A model generated the notes under the pieces. It saw only the letters and a list, made by a program, of their open reading frames with translations. It ran no database searches and was not told the origin of the DNA. A stretch of 64,000 bases of DNA. Source: Candidatus Latescibacterota bacterium (lineage in GTDB: Bacteria; Latescibacterota; UBA2968; GCA-2709665). The DNA lies in the NCBI GenBank assembly GCA_965116875.1, contig OZ220733.1, positions 2,688,001 through 2,752,000 on the forward strand, written 5' to 3'. Made by a program: the position numbers and the translations under genes. Below are positions 21,610-31,427 of this stretch, in pieces; within the stretch, counting starts at the first letter, position 1; every line of letters begins with the position of its first letter.

Positions 21610-22371
21610 ATGCATACCAGCCAGGTCCTTTCCGCCCGGGATTTCGAATATCGGCAACGGGACGGGAACGGTTTTGGGCGCGTGCCCTTCGAATCCTTCT
21701 GCCCCGATTACCATGAGTCCGACCGCACGGGAGTCGTCTCGCCTCTTCTGGAAGACGGCATCCTGCACACCTCACTCGCGATTCTGGGGCTGACCACGGC
21801 CTTTTACGACGCCTGGCGCGCCCGGACGGACGACTTCTTCATCTATCCTCAGCACTTCGCCATTCTGGACATTTCGGCGGAAGGGATCAACTCCGGCAGC
21901 GGCCGACTTCGCCTCGACAGAGACCGCTTGGGGTGGCCGTGGGGTAACCTGGACGTGTGGCCGGACTCTCAGTGGGTGCCGTCGGACGGCAGCGTGTCCG
22001 GCGCGCTGAAGAGCGCGTTCGATCTGCATATCAATCGCCTGTTCTGGCCCGAGTCGTTTGTCCCGGGTGAAGGCGAAAACCGGTTGCCTGAATATGCGAT
22101 GAAGATTATGCGGACGCGCCTCAAAGCGGTCTTCTATTACAGAACGGGCGATCCCAATGTCGAGGTTCGCGGCAATTCGAACCCGAAAGAGGTCGCGGAC
22201 CAGAGCGTATGGCGGCTGTCTCAACTCGAGGGATTGTCTGCGGAGCATCTGCCAAGGGCGGATGATGAAGATGTATCAGAAACAGGCCAATGTTGCGTGG
22301 AACGGTATCGCCGGGTAGAGCCGGAGCAGTTTCTGAGAGACGTGGGCGTTTGTTTCGAGAGCGGCGGGTAG
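21610..22371 (+). CDS. Conserved hypothetical protein
   Basis: Operon-like context, RBS gagg. Motifs MHTS, DRTGVV, TAFYD, FFIYP, LDVWP resemble an uncharacterised family. Confidence 0.7.
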   Translation: MHTSQVLSARDFEYRQRDGNGFGRVPFESFCPDYHESDRTGVVSPLLEDGILHTSLAILGLTTAFYDAWRARTDDFFIYPQHFAILDISAEGINSGSGRLRLDRDRLGWPWGNLDVWPDSQWVPSDGSVSGALKSAFDLHINRLFWPESFVPGEGENRLPEYAMKIMRTRLKAVFYYRTGDPNVEVRGNSNPKEVADQSVWRLSQLEGLSAEHLPRADDEDVSETGQCCVERYRRVEPEQFLRDVGVCFESGG

Positions 22372-22414
22372 AAGCGTCCGGACAAGAGTGGCGACTTGAT
22401 TTTCGGGGTACCAG

Positions 22415-23770
22415 ATGCAAGCCGCGCGAGGTTCACATCGGCGACCGGGGGGCGGCGTTCTCGCCCTTCCCGTACGCGTGGGTCTGATCGGCGCCGGAAA
22501 ATTCGGAACGATGTTCCTGGCCCAGGCCCGCCGGATTCCGGGTCTGCATGTCCTGGGCGTGGCGGACCTGTCCATTGACCGGGCCCGTGAGGCGCTCGCC
22601 CGCGCTGAATGGCCCTCGCCCCAATTTGCCGCAACGAGCTTCGACAATGCCCTCGAAACCGGGGGCACACACGTCACGGACGACGGCGATGCTCTCGTCT
22701 GCGCGGATGGTCTCGACGTGGTGGTCGAAGCCACGGGCAATCCGCTGGCCGGCATCCGCTACGCCCTGAAAGCCATCGAAGAGGGCCGCCACCTGGTGAT
22801 GGTCAACGTGGAGGCCGACGTCCTCGCGGGTCCGGTGCTGGCGCGACGGGCTGAGTCCGCCGGCCTCGTCTACTCGCTTGCGTATGGCGACCAGCCCGCC
22901 CTGATCTGCGAGCTTGTCGAGTGGGCCCGCACCAACGGATTCGACGTGGTCTGCGCGGGAAAGGGCACCAAACACCGGCCCGTCTACCATACATCCACCC
23001 CCGATACCGTCTGGGACCACTATGGAATCGATGCGGAAACGGCGGCCCGCGGCGGGATGAACCCGCGGATGTTCAATTCCTTCCTGGACGGCACGAAATC
23101 GGCCATCGAGATGGCCGCGGTTTCAAATGCCACGGGACTCGCACCGCAGCCGGGGGGGCTGAACTTCCCGCCGTGCGGCATCGACCGCCTGCCGGACGTC
23201 TGCCGGCCCCGGGACGAGGGCGGTCAGCTTGCCCACAGGGGAACGGTCGAGGTTGTATCCTGCGTGCATCCGGACGGCGCCGCCGTCGATCAGCACCTGC
23301 GATGGGGCGTGTACGTCACCATCGAAGGGGCGGGAGACTATATCCGGCGCTGCTTCACCGAATACGGGTTGCCCACGGACGATTCCGGTCGGTACACCGC
23401 CGTTTACCGCCCCTATCACCTTGTTGGCATGGAACTTGCCACCAGCGTGATGCGGGCGGGGATTCAGGGTGAGGCGACCGGTTTTCCCATTGGGTTCGCG
23501 GCGGACGTGGCGGCTACCGCCAAGCGCGACCTCGCGGCGGGGGAGATCCTCGACGGGGAGGGCGGGTATTGCGTTTACGGCAAGCTCATGCCGGCAGAGA
23601 GCGCCGTCAGGGAAGGCCTCCTGCCCATCGGGCTGGCGCACGCAGTCAGACTGAAGCGCGGGGTTGCCGCCGGGCAGCCGATTCTTCGGGCCGACGTGGA
23701 ACTCGACAAAGACTCCGACGTTCTCCGCCTTCGCAGGGAAATGGAACCAACGCTTTCGGACACGGGCTGA
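22415..23770 (+). CDS. NAD(P)-dependent oxidoreductase with C-terminal SAF domain (homoserine dehydrogenase-like)
   Basis: RVGLIGAGKFG, VEATG, MVNVEAD, GDQP, SFLDGTK, LDGEGG, LPIGLA. Start uncertain. Confidence 0.88.
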   Translation: MQAARGSHRRPGGGVLALPVRVGLIGAGKFGTMFLAQARRIPGLHVLGVADLSIDRAREALARAEWPSPQFAATSFDNALETGGTHVTDDGDALVCADGLDVVVEATGNPLAGIRYALKAIEEGRHLVMVNVEADVLAGPVLARRAESAGLVYSLAYGDQPALICELVEWARTNGFDVVCAGKGTKHRPVYHTSTPDTVWDHYGIDAETAARGGMNPRMFNSFLDGTKSAIEMAAVSNATGLAPQPGGLNFPPCGIDRLPDVCRPRDEGGQLAHRGTVEVVSCVHPDGAAVDQHLRWGVYVTIEGAGDYIRRCFTEYGLPTDDSGRYTAVYRPYHLVGMELATSVMRAGIQGEATGFPIGFAADVAATAKRDLAAGEILDGEGGYCVYGKLMPAESAVREGLLPIGLAHAVRLKRGVAAGQPILRADVELDKDSDVLRLRREMEPTLSDTG

Positions 23771-23786
23771 AAAGGAGAGGACAACA

Positions 23787-25646
23787 ATGCATGTTTCAGA
23801 GGATCTCGGCAACGGGTTTCGCCACCACGGTGTTGCTACCGACATCGCCAACAGCCGGGGGCTTGTCGCCACCGTGGACGGGCAGGGCCGCAATGTGGTT
23901 CTGCTCTGGCTGTACGACCATCGCGGCTGCTACGGCCTCCTGCTGATCGATGCGGAAACCGGCGCCAGCGAGCAGTTCGCCCTTCCTTTTCCTCCGGGCA
24001 ACGACTTCAATGCATGCCCGTTCTCGTCGATCCTTTCCAGCGGCAACCTCTTCTGCTCCCACTTTCACAACTGCTTCCTGGCCTTCGACCCCGCCGAACG
24101 GGCGTTTACGTTCTGCCACGAAACCGTACCGCAGATGGGCATGGCGATGACCGAAGACGACGGCGGCCGCATCTGGACGGCCACCTATCCGGACAGCGGC
24201 GTCGCGTCTTACGATCCCCGTACCCGCGTGTTCAGGGACTACGGCCACGTCTACAGTCAGAACTGGCGGCAATACCCGCGATCGATCGCGGCCGACGCCG
24301 CCGGGTGGATCTACTTCGGCATCGGCAGCACCGCCAGCCAGATCATCTGCATGGAACCTGACTCCGGCGCGGCCGAACCCATTTTATCCGAAGACGAACG
24401 CGTCCAGGGGAGCGGTCACGTCTATCGCGACCTTAACGGGAAGGTCTACGGACATTCCGGGGACACCGCCCGCGGGTGGTTTGAACTCTACAAGGGCGCG
24501 CGCAGACCCGTCGGGACGCTTGAGCAACAGAACGAAAAGCCGATCGTGACGGGCAGCCAGGGCCTTTTCCACCGGGCCTTCCCGGACGGCAGACGCCTCG
24601 TAGCGTGCGATCTGGAAACGCGTACGCTATCGGTTGAGGAACCGGATTCCGGCGAAGCCCGTGAAGTCGAATTCGATTACACCACCGAAGGCGCCCACGT
24701 GATGGGCCTGGCTGCTGCGCCGGATGAGACGATCTGCGGGGGCACGACGTTTCCCGCGCGCTTCTTCTGCTTCAATCCTGAGACCGATCGCTGGATCAAC
24801 CGCCCGAACCTCGGCCAGTGGAATACGGTTGCCAGGCAGACGGACCGATTTTTCGCCGGCGCCTACACGGGCGGCTTGCTGCTGGAGTGGGATCCCGCCA
24901 ATGCCTGGGTTCCCACGGAGAAGGGCAACCCCGGTTCCAATCCGCGTTTTCTGACGGAATGCAAACCCGACATCAACCGCCCGCACACGCTGCTCGCCCA
25001 TCCCGACGGGAAGACCGTAATACTGGCTGGCACGCCGGATTACGGCCGCACCGGCGGCGGGTTGCTGTTCTGGGATCGGGAAACCGGGGCGCGCGTTCTG
25101 CTCGACCATACCGATATCCTCCGCGAGCACAGCACAATGAGCCTGGTCGCCCTTCCGGACGGCAACCTCCTGGGCGGCTCCACTACCGATCCGGGTACGG
25201 GGGGCGAGCGGAAGGCGGAAGAAGCCGAACTCTACCTGATGGATCTGAAAACCAGGCGGATCCTCTGGCGCGAGGTCGTTTTCCCCGGCGTGCAATCCTA
25301 CACAGATCTCTGCTCCCGACCAGACGGCCTGGTCTACGGGGTTGCGGACAGGGAGCGCTTCTTCGTGTTCGATCCCGATTCCAGGGAAGTCCTCCGAAGC
25401 GAACGCACCGCGGAGAGCTACGGGCTGACGGCCAGACAGCAGGGTCCCCGTGTCTTCGTGACCACGCCTTCAGGCAACGTCTACATGCTCTTCGTCACGG
25501 GAATCGTTCGCGTCAACCCTTCAGACCACAGCCTCAGCCTGCTGGCTGCGTCTCCGGTTCCCGTCAGCTTCGGCGGGGACTGGCTGAACGGACGCATCTA
25601 CTTCGGAAGCGGCTCCCACGTCTACAGCTACGGGGAATGCGAATAG
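23787..25646 (+). CDS. Beta-propeller repeat protein (hypothetical)
   Basis: Repeated 'DGRIW/GWIYFG/DGLVYG' and 'F.FDP' blades. ATG after aggagagg. Confidence 0.75.
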   Translation: MHVSEDLGNGFRHHGVATDIANSRGLVATVDGQGRNVVLLWLYDHRGCYGLLLIDAETGASEQFALPFPPGNDFNACPFSSILSSGNLFCSHFHNCFLAFDPAERAFTFCHETVPQMGMAMTEDDGGRIWTATYPDSGVASYDPRTRVFRDYGHVYSQNWRQYPRSIAADAAGWIYFGIGSTASQIICMEPDSGAAEPILSEDERVQGSGHVYRDLNGKVYGHSGDTARGWFELYKGARRPVGTLEQQNEKPIVTGSQGLFHRAFPDGRRLVACDLETRTLSVEEPDSGEAREVEFDYTTEGAHVMGLAAAPDETICGGTTFPARFFCFNPETDRWINRPNLGQWNTVARQTDRFFAGAYTGGLLLEWDPANAWVPTEKGNPGSNPRFLTECKPDINRPHTLLAHPDGKTVILAGTPDYGRTGGGLLFWDRETGARVLLDHTDILREHSTMSLVALPDGNLLGGSTTDPGTGGERKAEEAELYLMDLKTRRILWREVVFPGVQSYTDLCSRPDGLVYGVADRERFFVFDPDSREVLRSERTAESYGLTARQQGPRVFVTTPSGNVYMLFVTGIVRVNPSDHSLSLLAASPVPVSFGGDWLNGRIYFGSGSHVYSYGECE

Positions 25647-25831
25647 GGAAGGAATTCCGAGGGAAGAGCAGTGCCGTAAAACAACGGCGACGTCCGGTCA
25701 GAATGGCGTCGCCGTAGACTTTATGTGTGAAGAATCCGTATCGATTATCTCGAACTTGGCGCAGCTTCTCAATGCTCAGCCGCAACCCAATGAGTTACGA
25801 TGAACGGGCGAGCCGGTTTGGCGGTTCAATC

Positions 25832-25915
25832 ACTCGCCTCTCAAGGGGGAGTCGCGGAATCCGAGCCGTCCCCTGAGCTTGTCGAAGGGCCCGGCGAAGG
25901 CTGATGCCGTGGGGG
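25832..25915 (+). repeat. Palindromic intergenic repeat (actcccccc/gggggagt family) containing a ccctgagcttgtcgaaggg unit
   Basis: Colinear with the copy at 35351-35457. Confidence 0.8.
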
Positions 25916-26034
25916 TATTCAACGCCTCGCGGGACGCAAGCAGCGTGAATTTACATGAGCGTATTCTGCGTTGAAGTCTTACCGTAATCCCTTATACCGT
26001 TCACTATACGAGAGTGTATTCGCGTTTACAACTC

Positions 26035-26087
26035 CATTGGAATTTTTCCATTTGTTATTTCTTTCTTTACGATGGAGGCATTTGACA
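26035..26087 (+). repeat. 53-bp imperfect direct repeat, copy 1 (left border of AT-rich islet)
   Basis: 46/53 identical to 28026-28078. Encodes IGIF..VISFFTMEAFD. Confidence 0.85.
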
Positions 26088-26109
26088 CCCGTCTCGCGCT
26101 CAATATACT
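26082..26109 (+). promoter_or_regulatory. Putative sigma70 promoter
   Basis: TTGACA-16 nt-TATACT. Confidence 0.55.
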
Positions 26110-26198
26110 GTGAGATGGGGATTTCAATGTTCAGAAGTAATGGAGATCGACGTTTTCGCATAAAGCCATAACCAGATGAGATCGCTTTCGCCTTTTTC

Positions 26199-26227
26199 TT
26201 GACAATATAGGTTTTGCTCAGTATCGT
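26199..26227 (+). promoter_or_regulatory. Putative sigma70 promoter
   Basis: TTGACA-17 nt-TATCGT upstream of the RDD gene. Confidence 0.5.
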
Positions 26228-26390
26228 CGATATGGAGACGGCCACGAGAGTCGCACAGCGTATTCGCCGCCTAGCGTTGAAGATTGATGCGATAGCCGGA
26301 ATAGTTTAAAAAAATTTCAGTGGCAGGGGAGGAGTCGGTTTGTAGGTTGTTCGTGGAGGCGTGTCGGTAGTTAAATTTACGGGGGATTTA

Positions 26391-26816
26391 ATGTCCTTTG
26401 CTGGTTTCTGGAAACGATTTGCCGCGTCACTCATTGATGGTTTAATTACTGGTTTAATAGGCGCGATTGCAGGTGGTTTTTATGGTGGATTACATGGACT
26501 TGCTGGTGGTTCCTCTGATGAGAGTTTTTGGGTGGGTATGATTATTGGCGTGTTGGGTCAATGGATTTATTTTGCTGCTTTTGAATCTTCAAATAGGCAA
26601 GCGACATTAGGAAAGTTGGCACTTGGGATAAAGGTAGTAGACCTTGAAGGTGATCGTGTTAATTTTAGTAAGGCCTCTGGACGCTTTTGGGGAAAATATG
26701 TCTCAACTCTAATTGTCTTTATTGGTTATATCATGGTTGCTTTTACTGAGAAAAAACAAGGACTTCACGATATAATGGCTGGTTGCCTGGTGATTGATAG
26801 CGAAACTGACAAATAA
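26391..26816 (+). CDS. RDD family membrane protein
   Basis: FAGFWKRFAASLID, QATLGK, KKQGLHD. AT-rich codon usage. Confidence 0.93.
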   Translation: MSFAGFWKRFAASLIDGLITGLIGAIAGGFYGGLHGLAGGSSDESFWVGMIIGVLGQWIYFAAFESSNRQATLGKLALGIKVVDLEGDRVNFSKASGRFWGKYVSTLIVFIGYIMVAFTEKKQGLHDIMAGCLVIDSETDK

Positions 26817-26849
26817 AACCGGGCCGACACTCAGAGGTCAATTCCTGCA

Positions 26850-27653
26850 ATGTCAGTTCAAATTTGCAGACTCTGTAAGAATGAAGGACAACTACAAAAC
26901 TCTCATATATTTCCCCAATTGCTTTCAAAATACCTTCGAAATGAAAAAGGAAACTTTACAAGATATGAGCCCCCACACCCTTTTCAAAAAAACACGAAGT
27001 TCCAGAGGAGAATCAGACAGGATAGCTTTCGTGAATATCTTCTATGTGAAAAATGCGAAGGACTCTTGGGTGAAAACGAGAGGCATTTTAACAATGTTTG
27101 GTATGGTAGTGATCGACTACCAACACGATTTAATGAGAGATATTGGCAATTAAAAAATCTTAACTACACTTCGTTTAGGTTATTTCACTTAAGTATTCTT
27201 TGGCGTTGTGCTATGGCCAAGAATGAAGGCTATGACAAGGTTAGACTTTGTGATCATGCAGGAAAAATCGGTCATTTATTATTAAACAGTAATGCAGGTA
27301 AAGAAGATGAATATCCAATTATAGGACAATTTCTGATCCATGAAGGCGCTATTCTACACGGTTTGATTTCACCTCCCTATCGCTTTAAATATAAAGGGAT
27401 GCACTTATACTTAATTACCTACGGTGGATGTGAATGGTATTTCCCAATTTCAAAAAATAACCGTGCTGAATTTAAAGCTCTACAGTTGAAGTCAGATGGC
27501 AGTCTTATTCTCGGACACATGCCGTTTAAAAGATCTGTTACTTATATTCTTTACAATTATGATGTACGGACTCGTCACAGTGAATTGTTGTTAGAACAGC
27601 ATTGTGGATTAAGCGAAACATACAATGAATGGTTAGCCCGCACGAAATTCTAA
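26850..27653 (+). CDS. Hypothetical protein with N-terminal HNH-like Zn module
   Basis: CRLC-x7-SHIFP ... LLCEKCE. AT-rich. Confidence 0.65.
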   Translation: MSVQICRLCKNEGQLQNSHIFPQLLSKYLRNEKGNFTRYEPPHPFQKNTKFQRRIRQDSFREYLLCEKCEGLLGENERHFNNVWYGSDRLPTRFNERYWQLKNLNYTSFRLFHLSILWRCAMAKNEGYDKVRLCDHAGKIGHLLLNSNAGKEDEYPIIGQFLIHEGAILHGLISPPYRFKYKGMHLYLITYGGCEWYFPISKNNRAEFKALQLKSDGSLILGHMPFKRSVTYILYNYDVRTRHSELLLEQHCGLSETYNEWLARTKF

Positions 27654-27859
27654 TATTCCCATGATCCTCCGTCTCCTCGCCATAGTGTTTCCCCTCGTCT
27701 CGTGATCCAAATCCCGTGTCATTTTCCTTATTCGGGACACCGTTCGAATCGGTTTTCTAGTCTCCAGCGATCTTTCCTCATGCGCCGACGATGCTCATTT
27801 GGCTGTAGACGAGATCAAACGCCAACGGCGGTCTGCTTGACAATCGACAAAGAAAGTTC

Positions 27860-27995
27860 GGAGTCGCCCCGGTTTTGAAAACGGTTTTAGGCATTGAAAT
27901 CAAGCCTGAGATTGTCGGTCGTTCTCGTAGGTTTCGGGTGAGTGGTAACCCAACGCTGAATGCCTGCGATGTGGATTGTACCACCCCTCCAGTTC
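27860..27995 (-). mobile_element. IS3-family remnant (transposase C-terminus plus right end)
   Basis: Minus strand EGWYNPHRRHSALGYHSPETYE matches the IS3 OrfB tail. It is followed by an IR-like accgttttcaaaaccggggcgactcc. Confidence 0.85.
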
Positions 27996-28025
27996 AAGAC
28001 CAATTAATATACAAGACATTACGGA

Positions 28026-28078
28026 CATTGGGATTTTTTCAGTCGTCATTTCCTTCTTTACCATGGAGGCATTTGACA
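28026..28078 (+). repeat. 53-bp imperfect direct repeat, copy 2 (right border of islet)
   Basis: See copy 1 at 26035-26087. Confidence 0.85.
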
Positions 28079-28245
28079 TGGCGGGTGCGTTAACCGAAAC
28101 GGTCAGAAAGTGGCAATTCAATCGAGGACTCAAAAAAGGGCGCCGGGAGGCCGAAGAGAGATACGTCAGATGGATAAGAGAGGAAGAAACAAAGGGAACG
28201 ATCTTCAATAGTCCTCCTCCATCCGACAATACGAAGGAGGAATAA
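28078..28245 (+). CDS. Small hypothetical protein, or the 3' part of a membrane-anchored protein truncated by the IS3 remnant
   Basis: ggagg RBS plus ATG gives MAGALTE...GLKKGRREAEERYVRW...PPPS. The frame is open from 27976 with a hydrophobic segment. Confidence 0.55.
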   Translation: MAGALTETVRKWQFNRGLKKGRREAEERYVRWIREEETKGTIFNSPPPSDNTKEE

Positions 28246-28665
28246 CGCACATGAAATGGTAGCGGAATCTGGAAACATCAAGGAAAAGAAATCCAGCGTA
28301 TCACAAATGGCCTCCAGGGGCATGATCCCTTGAGGCCATCTCTATTTGGACGTCGCACTGACGTAGAAAGCAAAGGGACATGCGGTATACAACAGGCAAT
28401 GCGCCTTTTCGGACAAGTGAAATATCTGTTCATTTCCCAGACCCGGAATTGTAAGCATCTGTCCCGCTTCAGGCTTCTATTCCTGTCCATCCGTGTAAGT
28501 TTCGGTATCTGAAATTTGACGGATTCACACCCGTCCAAAGCTGTCGTTTCCAAAATACCCCATATCGGACCGGGAATCTTCTCCTTACGGGTCGCCGCAA
28601 AAACTGATTAAACCCTATAGTCGCTACACCGGACACGAGCACCCTGCGACCCAACGGAATCTACC

Positions 28666-29001
28666 CGCTATCGCTGCATGATCCACCAATATCCGGAGCG
28701 AGGGCATCCTGCCCTCGAACTTCGTGTGACCCATCAATACACCTATCAAGGGCTTATTGTTTCCTTCGCATCCGAAATTATATAGAAAATGACGGCTCCA
28801 GATCCGCGCGAATCAGCCGTCGAGGGCAGGATGCCCTCGCTCCGAGGAACACCAACCACACTGGTCCCAGGTCGATTTCTGTCTTGGGCAGCATTACCCC
28901 TAAAAAGGCGATCTGAATTGGCGTTACAAAACGATTTTCAAGAAAACCAGGTACTTACGCATCCAAAATCGTCTTTTCCGACTTATCTTGGACAGCAGTG
29001 A
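28666..29001 (+). mobile_element. Composite MITE copy A: REP doublet plus IS4-like terminus
   Basis: ggagcgagggcatcctgccctcg ... cgagggcaggatgccctcgctcc, ending in cttggacagcagtg. An inverted homolog lies at 43268-43602. Confidence 0.8.
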
Positions 29002-29007
29002 AAAGGG

Positions 29008-29646
29008 CTAGAATCTGAACTCGCGATCCCGGATCCGAAATCCAAGGAGCGTCGCGCGTCCCTCCGGGTCGACCTGGACGAGTGCGGCGAAATCCTCAGG
29101 GTGCTTCCGGACGTCTTCGATAATCCGCTCACGCTGCCGTTCCGGGACATCGCAGTAGGAGATTCCGAAGTCCACGAATTCCCGCCATATGGACGCCCAC
29201 GCCACGGCCTCGTCCCTTCCCAGCCTTCCGAAGGGTTTTTCCGCGTGTCCGGTTGCCACCGAATCCGCCACCCACGCTCCCGCGGAGGTCTTGCGCAGCA
29301 GGACGTGAACGGGCATATGGCGACGGGCCGCTTTGCCGCGGATCAGGATGTACCCCGCCGACAATTCTTGCGGCCTTTCCCTCGAGAATTCATCAACAGT
29401 CCACGTGGAATCCGATTGCATGCTCAGTGTGACGTAGACCGTCTCTCCCCTTTTTTGACGGACGTTGAGCCGTGCGACGTCATAGTCCAGTCGGATGCCC
29501 GATCCTCGCATCACATCCCGTAGATTCGTTACTTTCGCGGAAAGCCAGATCCTTTTTCCCGACTCGTCACGGCCCAGGGGCAACGCGGCCAGGATGCCGA
29601 TCTGCACGAGCAGCGCGGCTGCGAACCAGACGTATCTCTTAACCAT
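29008..29646 (-). CDS. GDYXXLXY-domain protein (degenerate motif)
   Basis: N-terminal TM helix 'LLVQIGIL', RDVMRGSGIRLDY, FGI..VPE. Overlaps the DUF2157 gene, the usual pairing. Confidence 0.75.
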   Translation of the reverse strand: MVKRYVWFAAALLVQIGILAALPLGRDESGKRIWLSAKVTNLRDVMRGSGIRLDYDVARLNVRQKRGETVYVTLSMQSDSTWTVDEFSRERPQELSAGYILIRGKAARRHMPVHVLLRKTSAGAWVADSVATGHAEKPFGRLGRDEAVAWASIWREFVDFGISYCDVPERQRERIIEDVRKHPEDFAALVQVDPEGRATLLGFRIRDREFRF

Positions 29647-30973
29647 TGTCCGCGCCCCCCGGTTTGAGGTGCCGTTCGAACCGGATCCCTCCCAGAATCA
29701 CCCCGATTCCGCAGGCGATGAAGACGAATGACTTGAGGAGCAGGTGGGTCTCCCATTGAATGAAGTTCTGGAAGACGACCCACGCCAGAAGCAGGAGACC
29801 CGTCCAGAAGGACATCCTGCGATGGATCTTGACCGCTGTATAGAGCAAACTCGCGCCGATTGCGGCGACAGACAGGTGGGCCGCGAGAGTCAATCCGACG
29901 GGCTGCATGGTCAACGTGCCACAGGCAAGCAGGACGCCGGCGACAAGTACCGCTTTCGAGCGATGTTTCAGATCGTCCCTCGAAGGCGGTGTCCGAACGA
30001 CTGAGACCCAAACGGCTATTGCCGCCGCGCAGACCAGACCAAAGGGTACCGCCCACAGCCATCCGGTCGAGATCCAGTGGCGTTCCATCAGTTCGGTGGC
30101 CACTTCCCGAAACGACATCATGTAAGCCAGCAGCAGAATCCCGGCCATACCGATACTCCTGGCAATGACTCCCATGAGCCTTACCGATTCGATCCTCTCC
30201 AGCCGGAGACCCAGGCCGTAGAGCAGCGCGGCGACTACCGAAACTGCCAGAACGGCCGGCCAGCCTTCGCCGCTGTCGAAGGCCGCGCAAACCGGAATTG
30301 CCGCCCCCGCCGCCAGGACAAGGCCGGTGAACGCCGACGTGCTGTGACGCTTCAGAAACGGAAGACCCGCAGCCCCGATCACGAGAGGATACCAGCAGAA
30401 CAAATGCGGGTTCCCCTCGGTATGGCCGACGAACCACACAAAGCTCGTGATGCACGTCAGCAACATGCAGGGTCCGCTCATCGTCGCGAAGGCAATGAGC
30501 CCCGTTCCGATCGCCCAGATCCCGAAGGCCCCGTACGGTTCTCCGTGCAGATTGAACATTTGCGCGATCAGTACGACATTGGCGCCAAAGACCAACCCGC
30601 CCAGCACGACGAGGGCCTCCCCCAGTTTTTTTCGGGTCCCGGACACCTTCCAGAGGTAGAACCCCGCGACCTCGAATGCGAGCAGCGTAGTGAATAGGAG
30701 TGCCATTCTCACGGGCACGGGGATCTCTTCCCATCGTGACGCCACGAAGCTGATCGCGCCCCCGCCGATCAGGCAGGCGCCGATCAGATACAGGGCCTGT
30801 ACAACAAGGCCGCCGGATTTCTGGGTCTCCTCGTTCAGCGCATAACGTTTCTCTATCGCGGCGGACTGATCGGAATCGACAACGCCTTCGCTCACCCAGA
30901 CGTCAAGCTCCCGTCGAAGGGTCGTCCGGAAGCCCGGGGACACCCGTTCCCTGCCCGAATCTTCTTCACCCAT
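29639..30973 (-). CDS. DUF2157 domain membrane protein
   Basis: LRRELDVWVSEGVV, IGACLIGGGAISFVASRW, FGANVVLIAQMFN, many TM helices. Confidence 0.88.
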   Translation of the reverse strand: MGEEDSGRERVSPGFRTTLRRELDVWVSEGVVDSDQSAAIEKRYALNEETQKSGGLVVQALYLIGACLIGGGAISFVASRWEEIPVPVRMALLFTTLLAFEVAGFYLWKVSGTRKKLGEALVVLGGLVFGANVVLIAQMFNLHGEPYGAFGIWAIGTGLIAFATMSGPCMLLTCITSFVWFVGHTEGNPHLFCWYPLVIGAAGLPFLKRHSTSAFTGLVLAAGAAIPVCAAFDSGEGWPAVLAVSVVAALLYGLGLRLERIESVRLMGVIARSIGMAGILLLAYMMSFREVATELMERHWISTGWLWAVPFGLVCAAAIAVWVSVVRTPPSRDDLKHRSKAVLVAGVLLACGTLTMQPVGLTLAAHLSVAAIGASLLYTAVKIHRRMSFWTGLLLLAWVVFQNFIQWETHLLLKSFVFIACGIGVILGGIRFERHLKPGGADNG

Positions 30974-30976
30974 CGC

Positions 30977-31420
30977 CTAATGATCCTTTCCTTCGTAGAT
31001 CCACATCGGTTCCGTTTTGCCGGCTCTCGTGAACCCGCATTTTTCGTAGAAATCGATCGCCCTTCCATCCGCAATCAGCACGTGCTGATGGAAGCCTTCG
31101 TATATAGCCTTCAATCTTCTCATCAATTCCGATCCGATACCCTTTCCCTGGTATTCCGGATCCACCAGCAGGTGCGGATAATAGACAACAAGATGACCGT
31201 CCGAGATGGCGTTTCCCAGCCCGACGAGGCGGCCGCCATCCCACGCCGTCAAGAGAGAGTGTGAGTTCATCAACGCATTGCGAAGGTCATTCGGCTTGTT
31301 CGCTGAGGACCATTCATTGGCTGAATAGAGCCTTAACAGCTCATCCAGGGGAATGTCCCGGGTCTGGCTGTACGTAATTGAAGAGCCGCTCAAAACGTCC
31401 TTCCCGCTGCAAAGGTGCAA
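30977..31420 (-). CDS. GNAT-family N-acetyltransferase
   Basis: LLVDPEYQGKGIG, FYEKCGF. Start may be TTG at 31393. Confidence 0.92.
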   Translation of the reverse strand: MHLCSGKDVLSGSSITYSQTRDIPLDELLRLYSANEWSSANKPNDLRNALMNSHSLLTAWDGGRLVGLGNAISDGHLVVYYPHLLVDPEYQGKGIGSELMRRLKAIYEGFHQHVLIADGRAIDFYEKCGFTRAGKTEPMWIYEGKDH

Positions 31421-31427
31421 CTGACAA

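Noticed and set aside
22400-22480. Invertible segment at the atypical N-terminus of the SAF-domain oxidoreductase
   Set aside because: Inverting between the two GTAC sites does not restore an in-frame start, and there are no real inverted repeats.
26232-26309. Leaderless XRE or controller-protein gene (METATRVAQRIRRL...)
   Set aside because: Only 25 aa with no helix-turn-helix. Too weak to call, although it may be a stub.
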